A stretch of DNA of 64,000 nt, from positions 742,355 to 806,354 of the forward strand of contig NW_025963802.1 in assembly GCF_023055435.1 (NCBI RefSeq), in the 5' to 3' direction. Position 1 is the first letter of the stretch, and each line of letters begins with the position of its first letter. A model generated the notes under the pieces. The model was given only the letters and a program-made list of their open reading frames with translations. It searched no databases and had not been told where the DNA came from. Shown in pieces: positions 34,320-46,759 of this stretch. The stretch comes from Haliotis rufescens (lineage: Eukaryota). Position numbers and translations under genes: made by a program.

Positions 34320-36660
34320 CGGTTGAATGTTCGTTGGATGTGACATTCATAGAGAATACTACTCATTCTTGTTAGATACTATTTTAACGAAACTCGTGAA
34401 ATTTCTATGGTATCTAACGAGAATGAGTGTGGTATTTTATTTATTACCCACGTTAAATATATTTTAAGTGTAAATACATAACATCTTTCGTTCGTTGAAG
34501 GACCAAACTGAAACTGATTGTCAAATCTGGTTGCACATGAATATTTATATATGCCCAAATATGGGCATTGTTGGCATTTCTATGCATACACATTAACATC
34601 ATATACGCCTGCAGTTGTGTTTGGAAACAAAACAGCACCGACGCTCAAAATCCTTTTTGGAGAATTTTTTCAACTTATGGTAAATCAAGCGCCATGTTGT
34701 CAGTACGTAGGACACCTATAAGAAAATTTGAAAAGTCACAGTAGCGCCGCGGTTTGAATATCGGACCAACAGTGGGTCACTCGCACTGCCGGGGTTCAAT
34801 TTGAGTGATCTGGTCGTGCAATCGTGAACAAACAACTCTCGATCGAAACAGTGCCACAAAATACGCTTCGAAGGGGACACGGATGGCACAACGGGTTATC
34901 CCAAGTAAGTCTAGATATCTGTCCAGATAGTTTAAATTGACTTCATTTCACCACGCTTATCCTTTTACATTAAATCAAATTGAAAGTCGCGAAAGTGGTC
35001 GAGTGCGTCACGCTCATGGGGACCCTCGATCTATTGATCGGTAGTCGGTCATTGTAAATGGATATCTAGCTCGATTATCTAATGTATGTAGCAGCTCTAT
35101 GCATAACTAATACAGAATGCAAACCGAATTTGATGCTCGTGCCCATCTTGTTTGTTTTAATAACGGCGCGCGGTTTTTTATGAATGAAAAAAGTAGTTCC
35201 GCTGTGACAGAGGTCACGGTTATCCAATCAAAACGAATAAAACGAGGTCAACCTTGTACGACACACGTGTGACGTACGGATTTAGTATCTTCACCACGTT
35301 GGTAATAAATAGAGAATACCACACTCATTCTCGTTGGATACGATTTTTACGAGTGGACTTTCTATGGTATCTGACCTCGCTTTCGCTCGATCAGATACCA
35401 TAGAAAGTCCACTCGTTTCGTAAAAATGGTATCTAACGAGAATGAGTGTGGTATTTTATTTATTGCCCACGTTAAATATATATTCAAGTGTAAATACATG
35501 ACAACTTTTGTTCGTTGACAGACCAAACTGAAACTGGTTGCAAAATCTGGTTGCGCATGAATATTGATACATGCCTAAATATGGGCATTGTTGACATTTC
35601 TATGCATACACATTAACAACATGCGCCTTCAGTTGTGTTTGCAAACATAACAGCACCGACGCTCAAGATCCTTTTGGAAGAATTTCTTCAACTTATGGTA
35701 ATTCAAGCGCCATCTGGGATGTTGTTTGTACGCAGGACACCTATAAGAAAAATTTAAAAGTCACATTAGCGCCGCGCTTTGAATATCGTACCAACAGTCG
35801 GTCACTCGCACTGCCGGTGTCCCGGCTGTGCAATCAAAATGGTTCGGTTTCCTTGATCTATCAGCTGAATTTATATCATGTCCATGCCACTTTGGAAGAG
35901 GGAATCAGAGTGTTCGACAAAGACATTCGTGTTAACTGAAAATCAACAAACTCAAGTCTGCTTGCATGTCAGTGACAGCTTCGAACGAAGGGCAAGGTCA
36001 CCACCGGAATGAGAAACGACAACCGTGATCTTCTCACAGCGTTTTACGCTAAAGATTGGGAATGTTATTGTTCACATTTGGGCTATTTTAGGCCACATAC
36101 TCAGGCACACTTCTACTGCGTTTTCGAATGATTTGTATCGGAAATGTTCACTTTGAGTGATTTGGTCGTGCAGTCGTGAACAAACAACCACTCCCGAAAC
36201 AGTGCCACAAAATACGCGTCGATGGGGACTTCATTTCCCAACGCTTATCCATTTACGTTAAATCAAATTGAAAATTGCGAAAGTGGTCGGATGCGTCACC
36301 TGTATCTTAACCACGTGGGTAATAAAGCGGATTATTACCCAAGTGGTGAAGATACAGTAGGCTAGATACTAAATTCGTACGTCACATGTGTGTCGTACAA
36401 GGTTGACCTCGTTTTATTCGTATTGACTGGATAATCGTGACCTCTGTCACACCAGAAGTTCTTTTTTTCATACATAAAAAAGGACGCGAGACGTTATTCG
36501 CTTTCTCAACGACAAAGCAGAACTAAAGGATTCTCATGAAAGCTAGATACATTTACACACACTTTATTAAACCAAACAAGATCGTCACACGCATTAAATT
36601 CGCTATGCATATTTAGTTATGCATAGAGCTACTGCAGACATTATATAATCGAGCCATGCA
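34320..36660. repeat. Composite direct and inverted duplication block: 34320-34820 is duplicated at 35400-35830, 34795-35020 at 36135-36300, and 35040-35330 is inverted at 36300-36660
   Basis: The sequence ggtatctaacgagaatgagtgtggtattttatttatt.cccacgttaaatatat...caccgacgctcaa.atcc...gtcactcgcactgccgg recurs in direct orientation. The reverse complement of gaggtcacggttatccaatcaaaacgaataaaacgaggtcaaccttgtacgacacacgtgtgacgtacggatttagtatc (35210-35290) occurs at 36365-36440. The reverse complement of the 35040-35160 segment occurs at 36545-36660. Confidence 0.7.
35300..35470. repeat. Near-perfect hairpin (about 75-bp arms, about 16-bp loop); terminal motif of a locally duplicated repeat
   Basis: The left arm ggtaataaatagagaataccacactcattctcgttggatacgatttttacgagtggactttctatggtatctga is followed by a loop cctcgctttcgctcga and then the right arm tcagataccatagaaagtccactcgtttcgtaaaaatggtatctaacgagaatgagtgtggtattttatttattgccc. 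Single-arm copies occur at 34340-34440, 49270-49345 and 51300-51375. Confidence 0.8.
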
Positions 36661-37339
36661 TATCCATGGGGGGTTGTTGGGTTGGTGGGTGTGGGTGTGG
36701 GTGTGGGTGTGGGGGGAATAATTCAGATTCCGGGAATTGAGGGGTTCACATTACAAAAAGTACTAATAAGGATCTTGTTATGAAACAAGAGTAGGTTAGA
36801 ATGATCTAGTGTTGGGGGGAAGGTGGTTGACCAATGATAGATGGAAACATGAGTAGAGCTGTGACGTAGGTACCGGTTTAAAAAGCGTCAAAAGCCCCCA
36901 AATCGAGAGAGCGGCCTGGGAGACTACATCTGGACTGGTGCTCCGCTCTCGGCTTGTTGTCACGATCTTTCGAACCAGAAACCAAACTTAGGCACCAGCA
37001 TTTCGACTGAGACTGAAGCTTTGCGGCCGAAGTCTCGTATTTAAGTGACAAATAGAGTGGGTTGACTCGCAACACAAAGTTGGAATAAAAGCTGTTTAAC
37101 GAAGATCACTCTTTGTGCTTGTTGGAGTAACTACGGTAATAGGTCCAAGGACCTCGAGTACTGACATTGTACTTCTCGCTCGTCCCGGACTGTCAGCACC
37201 AAGAACGAGGGGATTGCCGTAGTTCAGGCGAAGAGGTACACGAATTGCTACCTTCCGATTACGCAACAGTTACCCTCGATAACATCATAGAATTACCTTG
37301 GACTGATGCGGGGTACGATCTTCTCTGACGACTGCCAAA

Positions 37340-37800
37340 AAGCATTGTCAGGTGACGGCGTGCAGCGGTTGCACAAGTGAAGTGACGTGCAGAGGTTGCA
37401 CAAGTGAAGTGACGTGCAGAGGTTGCACAAGTGAAGTGACGCTGTGCAGCGGTCGACCAAGTAAGGTATAACAAGGTGCGGTGGTTGCACGAGTGAAGTG
37501 ACTGTGTGCAGCGGTTGCACCAGTTTGGTAACAACGCGCAGAGGTAGCGCGGGTGAGGCAGCAGTGTGCAGCGGTTGCACAAAATCTCCCCTAGGTGGTA
37601 CGTTGACAACACCGACGCGGTGAATACACCAGAGCAAACCATTGAGAGTTGGCTGTGCACCGGTTGCACGAGAACGTCCACTGTGAGGGAGATTACAGTC
37701 GTTGGGAGGAACGGTGCAGACGTTTGCACATCCGGAACGGTGCAGACGTTTGCACATCCAAAACGGTGGAGACGGTTGCACATCTACGGACCACTCCGGG
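37340..37800. repeat. GC-rich minisatellites (unit of about 29 bp, gtgcagaggttgcacaagtgaagtgacgt, about seven copies; then a unit of about 23 bp, acggtgcagacgtttgcacatcc, three copies)
   Basis: Direct tandem repeats. They account for the overlapping 174-aa and 162-aa minus-strand ORFs and the plus-strand ORFs at 37566-37957. Confidence 0.75.
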
Positions 37801-38814
37801 CTTACTATGGTGGGGCGGTAGGAGTGACGAGTGGACGGTCACACCTGGACCCAGTGGTGGAGTGACGTGCCAGGAAGTGATGGACAGAACTAACAATTGT
37901 GACATTTTGACATTTTGTGTGGTGCCAAGTTTCATTGGACCGGGCCTGGTTAGGTAAGCAATATTTTGATGCATTGCATTGAATGCATATTGTAAAAGAA
38001 CGAGATCCTTGAACATAATCATGCCACTAACACGAGACTCAAACAATAACGGTACAACAGTCGATCAACAGTGTCGACGCGGGTCGGCTTAACTTTCATT
38101 TCCACTCACAAGTAGTAAGGTCGTTCCATCTGACCTAGTGAGCCCAGCACCAATAATAAGCACTCCGGTAGCATACCAGTCTCATGGTGCCAGTACACAT
38201 TCCAGGCCCTCAGTGAATGGGATCATCACCGGCCTCGCACGGCTTGGCGAGGTAATTGAGAGATGATTGCTCCTAGCAAAACTTGAAGAAAACATTTCCC
38301 AATGAAATTCCCCGAACTCAATCATTACGCTAAATAGTGCCAATGACCTTATTGACATGAAACAACAAACGTTTGAGTCATTTACTTACTTCTTACAAGT
38401 GGTCAGACATCCAACGGCTATAATTGGTCGAAACAAGGATGATTTTATCGGGGATCTTGTTCTTGGAAATGCATCTCAGAATGTAAAAACATTTGTGATT
38501 ACTAGACGATATTCTACACTTGCTAAAGTTATTTAGAACACAGCTTACGCTGCCGGGTCCCCTCTGTTTGAGTCAAAAGAAAACATGCAATCCACTTACG
38601 GAGTGAACAGGTGGACAGGCCCACTAATTCGCGACAATCTTCACTCCAACCAGTAAATGTTGTTAATTTGAGCCAGTACCTTCGTGCCCAAACACCACAA
38701 GACACGCACACCTACCTAGAGCCCTAGAGACACATACACAGTCAACATTTAACTGACCTCAGAATAACAGCCATAATCCAGGGAAAACCACAATTTACAA
38801 ATAGAGCAGAAAGT

Positions 38815-38836
38815 CCCCCCCCCCCCCCCCCCCCCC
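38815..38836. repeat. Poly-C homopolymer of 22 nt (poly-G on the minus strand)
   Basis: Direct reading. Confidence 0.95.
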
Positions 38837-39459
38837 GTGTAGGGGAGGTTATACTACACTCCAAGGCAGGGTTCAGTAAGTTACTCACAGCACACTTTGT
38901 GGCACAAGCCAGACCTCTCCCGGCCAGCAATCCCCCACTTCATTTTTTCTCACTGAACCTGATACTCATGAACCATGATCTTATCAGTTGTTCCCCCAAT
39001 AAAACAGGCAGGCAGGGGCGAGCTGGTCCGAGTTGTTTACATTATGGCACTGATGGTGTAGGCCAGTGTCTATTAGTCTAAAAAAACAACAACATTAATT
39101 TTGTTAGAAACCATAACTCCAATAAATTGAAAGAGATCCAAACTGAGATGAGAGATTCAGCTTTGGAAAATTGTAGACTTGCTTCATTTTTAGGGCTGTA
39201 TCGTTACAGTTAGGGCTAGGCAGAAGAAAAATAAGGTTCAGGTTCTGTGAGGCAGACTAGTAATTTAGTAGCATCATGGTATTTACATGTGAGGAAAACC
39301 AAGATAAAAATGTTCCTATATAATTCGTTTTAACTGAACTTCTCGCCTTCACATAAATATCACCAGAAGACCACGAGCATCAATAGTAGCACTGGGCAGA
39401 AACATGATGTCCATAGCACCTGCAGGGGTATGAATACGGTTGTAGGATATTTCTTATTA

Positions 39460-39634
39460 CAGTAAACTACGGTTATAACGAACACGCTTATAACGAACTG
39501 ACGGATATAACGAACTTACTTTTTGGTCCCGACTATTTGCTGTAGTTATGCTGTATATATGCTTATAACGAACTTCGGTTATAACGAACTAAAATTAGTA
39601 GTCCCTTTGAGTTCGATATAACCGTACTTTACTG
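39460..39634. mobile_element. Tc1-type MITE (175 bp) with TIRs of about 26 bp beginning CAGTAAA and TA flanks
   Basis: The left end cagtaaactacggttataacgaac pairs with the right end gttcgatataaccgtactttactg. TA sits immediately outside both ends at 39458-59 and 39635-36. The subterminal motif ggttataacgaac repeats four times. Confidence 0.6.
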
Positions 39635-40129
39635 TATGTCAAATGTTGAATCCAGTTTATTGTTTCTACTAAAAAAGACCCCAAAACACAAAAAACAACC
39701 TACCTGATTCGTTAATTAAGAACTTTTGTTTTTATAATCCATCAATGTCTACTTTGGTACTTTTGATATTTTCGTACAAAATTGACGTGAAAAACGTTTC
39801 ATGGTAAATGAGTTATTCTTTGTAATGTGTGCTTCCTGCTTTGAAAGCATTTGAAAGGCAATTGTGTTACTCCCAATGAACGAAAATCCAAATGGTTCAG
39901 TCACAAGTGGACCGATATCTTTTTAATCTGCAGAACATAGATAAGATAAGATAGATAAGATAATATTTATTGCAGAAACATTCCATTACGGGACAGATGC
40001 AATTTTGTAAAGACGAAACATTATGATTCATTTATACATATATACAGACATACATACATTCTTGAAGACACAAAAACCGATCAATATTACATATTTGATG
40101 ATAATATTATACATAAAATGTCAACGGTT

Positions 40130-40270
40130 GGGCCGTTCGTCACGCTGAAGACCCGGGTTCGTTTCCCGACATGGGTACAATGTGTGAAGCCCATTTCTGG
40201 TGTCCCCCTCCGTGATATTGCTGGAATATTGCTAAAAGCGGCGTAAAACCATCCTCATTCACTCACTCAA
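40130..40270 (+). mobile_element. SINE-B copy, 5'-truncated
   Basis: Reads ...gttcgtcacgctgaagacccgggttcgtttcccgacatgggtacaatgtgtgaagcccatttctggtgtccccctccgtgatattgctggaatattgctaaaagcggcgtaaaaccatcctcattcactcactca. Confidence 0.75.
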
Positions 40271-40559
40271 CGGTTGATTAGGATGAAGGGGTATTTATTG
40301 TTGTTTAAAATGATAGACATGGAAACAAATGCAATTGATATTGATGGCTTCATTTTTTGACAGGATGTAGTGAAATAATTTGTTTTCATGGCTTTGGACA
40401 TGTACATTTACATTTTATGTGGATAATTTTCCAAAGAGTATATATGTCTTTTTGAGCGTGTTGGGTACAGTGAAGTAGGTAGTGTTTTTCATCTGCAACG
40501 GTTGAACATGTAGAGCATAGCCTCTGATATAGTGGGGTTGGTGGCTTTGTATGTCTTCC

Positions 40560-40765
40560 AAGTTCAATATTTAATTTATGGTTACTTAATCTTAGTTTAG
40601 AAACATAAATGTTTCGAAAGTAGTTAAACTTACATCAATATTTTAGAATGAGAATATTTTCTGGACACACACACACACACACCTGTCATCTGCCGCAGAA
40701 GAGCTTGTGGTCATTAATCGGCTTTAATTTATGGTTACTTAATCTTAGTTTAGAAACATAATTGT

Positions 40766-40809
<44 letters not shown>

Positions 40810-40810
40810 C

Positions 40811-40852
<42 letters not shown>

Positions 40853-40893
40853 GTCATCTGCTACAGAAGAGCTTGTGGTCATTAATCAGCTTG
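40560..40893. repeat. Tandem duplication of about 167 bp, each copy ending in a (CA)n or (GCAC)n(CA)n microsatellite
   Basis: The segment ttaatttatggttacttaatcttagtttagaaacataa ... (ca)n cctgtcatctgc..cagaagagcttgtggtcattaatc occurs twice (40560-40725 and 40727-40893). Confidence 0.7.
40766..40850. repeat. (GCAC)n followed by (CA)n compound microsatellite
   Basis: Direct reading. Confidence 0.95.
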
Positions 40894-40904
40894 ACACCGC
40901 AGTG

Positions 40905-41065
40905 TAGCCGGTGTCCCGGTATAAACTCTCCCCCGTACAAATTCTCCCCCCGGAGATTTTACACGGTACAGATTCTCCCCCGGCGAATCTGTTCTGAAAT
41001 AAAATCTCCCCCGGGCGGATATATTTCGCGCCCCCCTCAGTATAAAGTCTCCCCCCTGATTATTC
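40905..41065 (-). mobile_element. G-rich/TATA repeat family, copy 1 (inverted relative to the other three)
   Basis: Its reverse complement carries the sub-repeats gggggagattttatttc, ggggagaatttgtacg and ccgggggagaatctgtaccg, together with the ccggtataaa core. Confidence 0.5.
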
Positions 41066-42284
41066 GGTTTGTTGCAATGTCTTTAAGTACTATATTCTTT
41101 AAATAATTATCTTTAATGTAAGGAGGGTTACTTTAAAAAATAGATTATGAAATATGGTCATAATGAATTGATATTTCAGAATATTTTATTTGGTAACTGT
41201 ACCTTCCATCCTAAAATAATTATAAGACATAATCATACCAAACAAAGGATGGGAGACATGAGTCTCTACATAACTTGTTGTTTCTAATACAGTTGTTGTT
41301 GTCTGTATACATTTTTTTAATATACCAGTTTGAGTCTACATGTGAACACAATCGATGGTTGAAATGTTAGTCTAAGAACAAAACATGAACTAATTCTAAA
41401 GAACTCTGATGTATAAAGTTACCTTCATCTTTGATTGACTGATGTATTTTCAATCTTTATTCGGCACTGAAGAGGCCACAGGCCTATAGTACGAAGCATT
41501 AAGTTTATGAATAAACTGTTATAAAGTATTCATAAAGTATCAGGGGTCATTTCAACTTGCAAAATGATTGACATGGTCCTTTATAGAGCGAGGATTGGGC
41601 TGTTTTCTCACCCGATTGACTGACATACAACATTCACATGGTTTAGAATGGTACAATGAATGGTAAAGCATGCAAATTACTCTAATACGCGATATTTCAT
41701 AAGAAAATATCATATCTCCGTTAAAACATAAAACCAATATTTATGAGTCTACATATTGATATAAGACTTTATCACTGTATCCAATTCCAACATTTTAGAT
41801 ATAAACTTTCGGACAGTTCAGTTCAAAATTCTTCAACCTTTAATACATCACAGGGATTTGTAGCTAGACGACGGGAATCTACAGTCTTGACTGTGTGTGT
41901 GTGTTTTTTATGAGAATGTTTCTCACCGACCTTAGCGTGTAGGGGTGTGATGTCCTGGGCAGGAAATGACAGTATTTTGACTACTCGTCTTTCATTAATT
42001 AACGTTATGGGCATCCCTAATTAACATTTACTAATTCATGTTAAACCAACACAGGATGTTTTCTGGAAGTGGACAATCGCGAATGTAATAGGGCTGACAC
42101 GACATGTGTTAATAACTGTCCTAGAACTTCTTAAGTTACTAAACATTCTTTATATCTAACGACTAATATTATATCCACCTATATACCACTTTATTGTCTC
42201 ATATTGCGGTAGTAAAGAAAACACAGTGCTCAAAGTGAAGCCCATTTCACTCCACATTCTCAACATCGTCTCTATCAGAAGTGT

Positions 42285-42432
42285 TTGGCAACTATTGAAC
42301 TGCATGGCAAGTATTTATAAAACGACCGGGGGAGGAAATATTCTGGGGGGGAGATTTTATTTCGTAGGGTGGGGGAGAATTTATTTCGAGAGGGGCGGAA
42401 ATGTACCGGTATAAATGACACCGGCCGCATGG
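42285..42432 (+). mobile_element. G-rich/TATA repeat family, copy 2
   Basis: Reads gaactgcatggcaagtatttataaaacgaccgggggaggaaatattctgggggggagattttatttcgtagggtgggggagaatttatttcgagaggggcggaaatgtaccggtataaatgacaccgg. Confidence 0.6.
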
Positions 42433-43083
42433 AACTCTGGGTTGGAGAGTGTAGTTGTCGCAGCGCGCATTGATCCGGGAACCAGACCGGAAGTGACAGT
42501 TTGGACCGTCGCTTATATCATTTCAAAAGGAGAGTTATTTCCCTTTGGAACAAAAAGATTGCCCAATAGTCAGTGTTGATAAGTCAATAATGATCGGTTA
42601 ATCATCACACGAACAGTGATGATGGCGTTGAAATATGAGCACACACAGTCGTGCTGTGACTCATTTGATTGAATTTGTTGTTATTTATTGTCAAAAAAGA
42701 AAGACAATATTTGCAATTGCAATAAGCTCCCAATTTATGCATCACACAATATGTTATTGCAAATTTCCATTTCATCTACCCTGAGCCTTTTTCCAATATT
42801 AAGTGTTCAGCTCTTACAAGGAACGTCACAGAAAGTAGTATAGGTAATGGTGATTCTGCCGCAACCCCACTGGAGCCAGATTTATATACCTATACTGCTA
42901 CTACAGGGGGATTTTTTTTATGTGTAAACGCTGATGCGATTCAACGATCGTCATGAGATTAAGTTAAATTGACTCTAGCTCACCACTACCTTGAGTCAAT
43001 CAATGATACCATAGAGGGAATTTTTAGCACAAAAACGATGATGAGACTAAACTAAATTGTAATGAAAATATTCTCTATTATTT

Positions 43084-43347
43084 TTACTCATCCATATACC
43101 ATAATTTTTTAACAAAGTGATATTCAACATTTTTACTAAGTTCTTCGTTCATTTTACTAGGAGACCAGACTATATACTCTTCTTGGTAATTGGAAAGAAA
43201 CAATTGATGACCGTATTTGGTTGGTCTGACATCATTGATATAATATATACCTTGTAGTAATTCTCTCCATTTGATAATTTTGTCCCTGAGCATAAATGCT
43301 TCGATAGCTTTTTCGAGTTCTTCCTTTGTTGGTTTGTGATTCTCCAT
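43084..43347 (-). CDS. Hypothetical intronless 87-aa ORF (MENHKPTKEELEKAIEAFMLRDKIIKWRELLQGIYYINDVRPTKYGHQLFLSNYQEEYIVWSPSKMNEELSKNVEYHFVKKLWYMDE)
   Basis: Complete ATG-to-stop ORF in unique, non-repetitive sequence with a non-low-complexity composition. I do not recognise any homology. It may be a chance ORF in AT-rich DNA. Confidence 0.15.
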   Translation of the reverse strand: MENHKPTKEELEKAIEAFMLRDKIIKWRELLQGIYYINDVRPTKYGHQLFLSNYQEEYIVWSPSKMNEELSKNVEYHFVKKLWYMDE

Positions 43348-43692
43348 TATTATATATTTATGTATGCATTCGTTTAAATGAATGTATGATTTGTTATGCG
43401 GTGCGATCCAATGATAGGAAACAATCTATTTTTAATCTCCAACCAGTTCTTTGGTTTTGGCACGGAATAATTGACGCGCTTGTGTCCCCTGTTCTATTTA
43501 CTTTTTTTCTCGTCTTCGCTAATACCACTGATCTTACGATATTAAGATCGAATCTCCTGCTTTATTGTGTTGTATTTGGTGAGTTCTGACAACACTGAAC
43601 GAAAATCCTCCTCGGATATCTTACAATCAGCCAGTGCTGTTGAAATATGATCCTCAATGCTGTTCAACTTTGCTTCGGCGAGTATCGGGGGC

Positions 43693-43957
43693 ACGGGTGG
43701 CCCAGTCGTCTAAGGCAGAGTTGCGTCCCTTGGGCACGCCAGAAACCTATGATTGTGGGTTCGAATCCCGCTTCGCCCCGATTATGTTTCTAGGTTTGTC
43801 AGCACCATACCCGTGCACGTGGGTTTCACCGAAGTGCTAAACGTCTGAGACCTGCATCACTTCGGGCTTTCCTCCCACATTAAGCTGACACGCCGTGATG
43901 TAACTGGAATACTGTTAAAAGCGGCGTTAAACCCAACTCACTCACTCATTCGGCGAG
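43693..43957 (+). mobile_element. SINE-C copy (full length)
   Basis: Reads ggtggcccagtcgtctaaggcagagttgcgtcccttgggcacgccagaaacctatgattgtgggttcgaatcccgcttcgcc...cacgccgtgatgtaactggaatactgttaaaagcggcgttaaacccaactcactcactca. Confidence 0.8.
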
Positions 43958-45689
43958 TATCCGAATATTATCATGTTTTAATGCTTTCTTTGGCAACTTA
44001 CGAGAAATAAATTTTATCGCTATTCCTGCCAGTCCAGAGACTCCAGCGGCTATTTCCATGTCAAGTACGATAGGCGTGGCGATTATAGTTGATAGTAAAC
44101 CAACACCGGCTACACCGAGTCCCATGCCAGCCTTTACAAGCATACGTTATCAATGTACCTCGAGTACAAGCAAGTAATATCCATGTACTGGTACAGCATA
44201 GCATTTTATGAATATGAAATCACAATAGCACATTTTCTTTTTAAAACAGGCAAATTGTGCGTTGATAATGCTTTAATCTCTACATTAACAATCCCGGAAG
44301 AAAACTAACCCCTTTATTGCACCACTGTGCCCAAGCTTGTTCTATTATGCCAACAGTTCAAACTCGAGACCTAGCAACATATCCGATTACACTTGGCCCA
44401 GGCTGACCCTAGCGGGATTCCGTCAGTTCTCAATGCAATACTCACGTGGTAGTCTGTCTCCTAGGCCTGGTCCTGCGCCATGACTGTGGAATTTATATTT
44501 TTTAGGTATTCTGTTTTACTAAATTCCTAGGCAAGTCTAGATCATACTAACCAAGTCTAGTTTAGTTGATTCCATAACAGCAGAAGGAGAAAGGTTCTTC
44601 CGAATAAAACAAATATATTTTAAAGAAATGTTTTCATTGACTATGTGTTACTCTATCTGTCCCCAGATCCTAGAGAATATATTTGAAACGGACTCCAAGT
44701 AAAGAATGATTTGACAAGTCTAGATTGCCTAAGTTCTGGTCCTGAAATCAAGCATCGTTCTGGGATCCATTTGTATTCTATTGAGTAGATTTATAATTTT
44801 AACTACGTGAAATTGTATTTCTGGGATGTTGGTTGATTTTAGATGTGGGTATTTATAGATAACAAAAAAATATGAAATATATATTATTTATGATGTAGCT
44901 AAGGTATGTGCACGTTTAAAAACTGTAGTTTGTAGTCAACCAAAGAAGATATTCAACACTTTAGATTGTATATTGTTTTGAAATGTCTCGCCTCATGAAC
45001 ACGTTCCTTATTTCAATATTGTATTCAATTCCACCCATGACTGTACACAACATTTATATATTTACATGTATACGACGGCTACATGGGCAAGTATAAAGGT
45101 AAACACAAACGTGTGTTTGTTTAACATTTTTGTGTGTTGAAACACTGTTATATTAAAGGGAAATATAACCATTTAGTCTGTTCGGGTAACCAATTCTAGC
45201 TATTATTTCCTGAATAAAATATTATCTACTTCAGGCATACACATATTGTTTTGTGTCATGTGACACCAGATGTTGTTATCAACCAATACTCATAACGTAA
45301 AAAAACATAGAAATGTGAAACATCAATGCTAGAGAATAACCAAGTTCGATTTTCCAACGAAAAAAATTCCTTTTGGCGTGAACGTTGACAATAGCGGTAC
45401 AAATATATTAATGGATCACTGAAAATCAGTGATGACGCAATTGTTTGCAAAAGTCTGTTGCCTCCGATGAATAGATGAAGTTATTCCGAAACAGTAAGCC
45501 CTTAGAAGTCTTGTTTGCCAGCCGGGACCATGTCAGTATATCAGGTGTGAAATGCATTTACACGTTGAACGCATTGACAGAGAGTATTAGTTATCTTGAA
45601 CGGTTGGTGAAACCGCGCAAATCGAAACAGTTCATTTATGGTGTAGTATTTCCATTGGCAAATCAAAACAGTTCATTTATGGTGTAGTA

Positions 45690-45940
45690 TTGTCCACATA
45701 TTGATATAAGACTTTATCACTGTCTTCAATTCCAAAATGTTAGATTTAAACTTTCGGACCCAACACAAGCCAAACACAAGTATTTATAAAAATCCCTACG
45801 AGATTTTATTTCGTAGGGTGGGGGAGAGTTTATTTCGAGAGGGGCTGAACTGTACCGGTATAAATTCGCCGGGAGGGGGGGTGGGTGTGGGTGTGGGGGT
45901 GGGGTATTCTTGGGGCGAATATATTTCGTGACACCGGAAC
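45690..45940 (+). mobile_element. G-rich/TATA repeat family, copy 3, with a shared 70-bp upstream flank also found at 41755-41825
   Basis: Reads ...caagtatttataaaaatccctacgagattttatttcgtagggtgggggagagtttatttcgagaggggctgaactgtaccggtataaattcgccgggagggggggtgggtgtgggtgtgggggtggggtattcttggggcgaatatatttcgtgacaccgg. The flank ttgatataagactttatcactgt..caattccaa.at.ttagat.taaactttcggac is shared with 41755-41825. Confidence 0.6.
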
Positions 45941-46759
45941 TACTGATGTAACTGATTTCAGAGATCTTATTAATCCTCGCAAACATTCGGTTTTAACACT
46001 AACTACGTAAAAACTGTCAACATAACCACGCCGTTATACTCTGATTAAAGATCTTAAATATATTCCTTAATACAGGCTACCATTTGAAAATGGTATCAGT
46101 GTAATACCAGGGGCTAGAATATCATGGTGCAACCAGGTTTCTGTTAAACATACAACATCATAACTATCTAATTCAGCACTGATTAAATCTACTTTAAAAT
46201 CTACTAAGACTGCGTACGTTTACATGTATAATCTTTATAAGCAAAGTAACCCAAAATATAGATAATGTGTATCATCTTCCCGAAATGATTAGCATGTAGA
46301 ATAGATTCAAAAACACCTGTATTGAACATCAACCGGCATCGTCAAAGCAAAGTGTACATGTAATTGTTACAATGGGGCTGGCGGTGAATATTAATGAAGA
46401 ACATCTTGTTAAAAAGACACACCGAAACTGATTTGCATAACTGATGACCACAACATATTGCAAAATATCAAAATAGTAAAAATGATACAGTTTAACCTCA
46501 CACTGAAGAGAAAACAAGAACGACACAGAAAAGTAAAATAGTACGTCTTATAGAACTGAGATAAAGTAATCTGAGAAGGGATTCATACGTTATATACAAC
46601 TTAAAAATATAATATTATGAAAAACGAAAGGAAAAGTGGGCCCCCCTCCACCCCCCACCACACACCCCACACAAGTAACTAAATGTATAATTCAGAAAAA
46701 ATAAAGGAGATAAAAAAAAAATGAATAAAAAAACACATAAACAAATTAACATTAAAACT

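Noticed and set aside
37259-38046. Overlapping 174-, 162-, 117-, 102- and 99-aa ORFs on both strands
   Set aside because: The region is GC-rich minisatellite (29-bp and 23-bp units) with a low stop-codon frequency. Mutually overlapping frames on both strands are typical of repeat artifacts.
43693-43775. tRNA-like sequences (ggcccagtcgtctaaggc...gggttcgaatccc; ggggcggtcgggtagcctagtggttagagcg...)
   Set aside because: Each is the 5' head of a multi-copy SINE and is followed by SINE body and tail. Some copies are 5'-truncated. They are not standalone tRNA genes with proper anticodon arms.
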